Positions 61,710 to 64,000 of a stretch of 64,000 nucleotides of DNA are shown here, one piece after another. Numbering within the stretch: position 1 is the first letter of the stretch; every line of letters starts with the position of its first letter. The stretch spans positions 32,001 through 96,000 of the forward strand of contig CAXWPL010000001.1 in the NCBI GenBank assembly GCA_963666215.2, written 5' to 3'. The position numbers and the translations under genes are program-made. Under the pieces are notes generated by a model. The model ran no database searches, was not told where the DNA came from, and was given only the letters and a program-made list of their open reading frames with translations. Origin of the DNA: Acidobacteriota bacterium (GTDB lineage Bacteria > Acidobacteriota > UBA890 > WLXD01).

Positions 61710-63413
61710 ATGTCAGGAACCCTTCTACAGCTGGTCGTCTTCCTGCCGGCACTGGGAGCGATCGCGATCGCGCTCTTACTCAGCAAGGAACGCGAAAACG
61801 AAATCAGGTGGGTCGCGCACATCGTCGTCTTCGTAGACATGGTGCTGTCGCTGTTTCTGCTGCGCGGCTTCGACTTCACGAGCGCCGAGCTGCAGCACGT
61901 CACCCGCGCCTCCTGGATCCCGACGATCGGCGTCGAGTACTTCATGGGAATCGACGGCATCTCGCTCCTTCTGATCATCCTGACCACTGTGCTGGGTGCG
62001 ATCGCCTTCATGTCCTCGTGGACCTACATCACCACGCGGATCAAGGAGTACTACGTGTTCCTGCTGCTGCTGCAGACGGGAATGCTGGGCGTCTTCGTGT
62101 CGTTCGACTTCTTCCTGTTCTACATCTTCTGGGAAGTGATGCTCGTGCCGATGTACTTCCTCATCGGCATCTGGGGCGGCAAGAACCGCATGTACGCCGC
62201 CATCAAGTTCTTCCTGTACACGCTCTTCGGGTCGGTCCTGATGTTGCTGGCGATCCTGGCGCTGTACTTCCACATGCACGCCGTCACCGGTACCTGGACA
62301 CTGAACATCCTCGAGTACTACCAGCTCGATGTGCCGGCGAACCTGCAGTGGTGGGTGTTCCTCGGCTTCTTCTTCGGGTTCGCGATCAAGGTGCCGATGT
62401 GGCCGTTCCACACCTGGCTCCCCGACGCGCACGTCCAGGCGCCTACCGCGGCCTCCGTAATCCTGGCGGCCGTGCTGCTGAAGATGGGTGCCTACGGCTT
62501 CATCCGGCTGTCGCTGCCGGTGCTTCCGGACGCCTCGATCGACTTCGCGCCGTTGATCGCGGTGCTGTCGATCATCGCGATCATCTACGGCGCGCTCGTG
62601 GCCATGATGCAGAAGGACTGGAAGAGCCTCGTCGCGTACTCGTCGGTGTCGCACATGGGGTTCATCACACTCGGCATCTTCGCGCTGAACCCGGTAGGGC
62701 TGCAGGGCGGACTGATCCAGATGCTCAGCCACGGTATCTCGACCGGCGGACTGTTCCTCGTGGTCGGGCTGATCTACGAGCGCACGCACACCCGTGAGAT
62801 TGCTGCCTTCTCGGGCCTCGGTAAGGTCATGCCGGTGTACGCGACGCTGTTCGCGATCATCATGCTGTCGTCAATGGGGCTGCCGGGGCTCAATGGGTTT
62901 ATCGGTGAGTTCCTGATTCTGGTTGGCGCCTTCGAGGCCAACCCGGTGTGGGCCTACTGGGCGGTCTGGGGCGTGGTTCTAGCGGCGGCCTATTTGTTGT
63001 GGCTCTTCCAGCGGGTGATGTTGGGTGAGGTCAAGGACGACAAGATCGCGGGTCTCAAGGACCTCAACCTGCGCGAGACGATGACGCTGGCGCCGCTATG
63101 CGTCCTGGCGATTTGGATGGGGCTTTATCCGAAGCCGATTCTCGAGACGCTCGAGCCGCCGGTGAACGCAATCATCGAGCGCGTACAGCCTGGCTACTTC
63201 GCAGAGAGCGGGATCTCCACGCCGCGCTTGCCGAGCGTCGCCGGCTTGAGCCGTACCGCGGAGCCTGGCGTCGACGCCGACCTCCTGGTGGCCGACGAGC
63301 TCACGGAACAACGTTCGAACACCGACACGGCTAACGACCCGGTACCGCTAACGACCTCGGAGCAGAACGAGCCCACCGCTGACGCAGATCCCTCGACGGG
63401 CGGAGACCACTAG
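61710..63413 (+). CDS. nuoM: NADH-quinone oxidoreductase subunit M
   Basis: FWEVML, KVPMWPFHTWLPDAH, LLKMG, AYSSVSHMG. Confidence 0.96.
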   Translation: MSGTLLQLVVFLPALGAIAIALLLSKERENEIRWVAHIVVFVDMVLSLFLLRGFDFTSAELQHVTRASWIPTIGVEYFMGIDGISLLLIILTTVLGAIAFMSSWTYITTRIKEYYVFLLLLQTGMLGVFVSFDFFLFYIFWEVMLVPMYFLIGIWGGKNRMYAAIKFFLYTLFGSVLMLLAILALYFHMHAVTGTWTLNILEYYQLDVPANLQWWVFLGFFFGFAIKVPMWPFHTWLPDAHVQAPTAASVILAAVLLKMGAYGFIRLSLPVLPDASIDFAPLIAVLSIIAIIYGALVAMMQKDWKSLVAYSSVSHMGFITLGIFALNPVGLQGGLIQMLSHGISTGGLFLVVGLIYERTHTREIAAFSGLGKVMPVYATLFAIIMLSSMGLPGLNGFIGEFLILVGAFEANPVWAYWAVWGVVLAAAYLLWLFQRVMLGEVKDDKIAGLKDLNLRETMTLAPLCVLAIWMGLYPKPILETLEPPVNAIIERVQPGYFAESGISTPRLPSVAGLSRTAEPGVDADLLVADELTEQRSNTDTANDPVPLTTSEQNEPTADADPSTGGDH

Positions 63414-63417
63414 TTCG

Positions 63418-64000
63418 ATGGACTCGATGCCGTTTTCAAGCTCCGATCTGGTGGCGCTCAGCCCCGAGATCATCCTCACCATCGGTGCGATGGTCGTTCT
63501 CCTGTGGGGTTCGTTCGACAGCGCGCGCCAGAAACCCGGCAACTTCGCGTACATCTCCCTCGCCAGTGTGCTCAGCGCTGCAGCGGCACTCTGGCTCTGG
63601 GTGTCACCGCTCGCGGCCTCCGGTGTTACGACCGCGTTCTCCAACCAGCTCGCGGTTGACGGCTTCGGCACCTTCTTCTCGGCGATTTTTCTGCTGACCG
63701 CCGCGCTGGCGATCCTCGCGTCGACGCGCTTTCTCGACGACGCCAAGGCGCACCATCCCGAGTACTACTTCCTGATGCTGACGGCGCTGATCGGCATGCT
63801 GATCATGGCGCGTGGTGCCGATCTGATCTCCCTCTTCGTCGGCCTCGAGCTCCAGGCTCTCTCGGTGTACGTGATGGTCGGCTACCTCAAGGGCGATCGT
63901 CGCTCCGCAGAGGGCGGCCTCAAATATTTCATCCTCGGCGGCCTTTCGTCGGGCATATTCATCTACGCGTTGTCGCTCCTCTACGCCGTTACCGGGGTCA
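63418..64000 (+). CDS. nuoN: NADH-quinone oxidoreductase subunit N (runs off the window)
   Basis: Read by eye: LVALSPEIIL, EYYFLML, LFVGLELQAL, SAEGGLKYFILG. Confidence 0.93.
   Translation, partial: MDSMPFSSSDLVALSPEIILTIGAMVVLLWGSFDSARQKPGNFAYISLASVLSAAAALWLWVSPLAASGVTTAFSNQLAVDGFGTFFSAIFLLTAALAILASTRFLDDAKAHHPEYYFLMLTALIGMLIMARGADLISLFVGLELQALSVYVMVGYLKGDRRSAEGGLKYFILGGLSSGIFIYALSLLYAVTGV

Overview
GC-rich bacterial chromosomal window (roughly two-thirds GC by eye; gene content is compatible with an Acidobacteriota-like organism, which is inference only). The most unusual part is the left end (1-9.9 kb). A frameshifted sigma54 response regulator is followed by a consensus sigma54 promoter with IHF- and UAS-like sites. 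This promoter heads a locus of five tandem GspG-like prepilin genes bracketed by five small Xis/BldC-like HTH genes (2 upstream, 3 downstream). A truncated IS481 fused in frame to a TPR domain and a lytic transglycosylase follow. Next come a methyltransferase/FAD-oxidoreductase/type III PKS cassette with YceI, copA-csoR with its operator, a spermidine-synthase-like membrane protein, a hemerythrin, a sixth HTH gene and a complete IS481. A GAF-type sigma54 activator is followed by a second consensus sigma54 promoter that points into a GGA-rich, apparently non-coding stretch (candidate sRNA). The middle holds housekeeping and transport genes (2-hydroxyacid dehydrogenase, aminotransferase, sodium:solute symporter, DtxR-family regulator, amidohydrolase, pyk, HAD), a deleted xanthine-dehydrogenase-family operon, yhaO/yhaN-like genes and a Mo-oxidoreductase. 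A disrupted secreted lyase-like gene, an IS256 without target duplication and selA follow. The window ends in a nuoABCDHIJKLMN operon lacking nuoEFG. No rRNA, tRNA or CRISPR array was seen.
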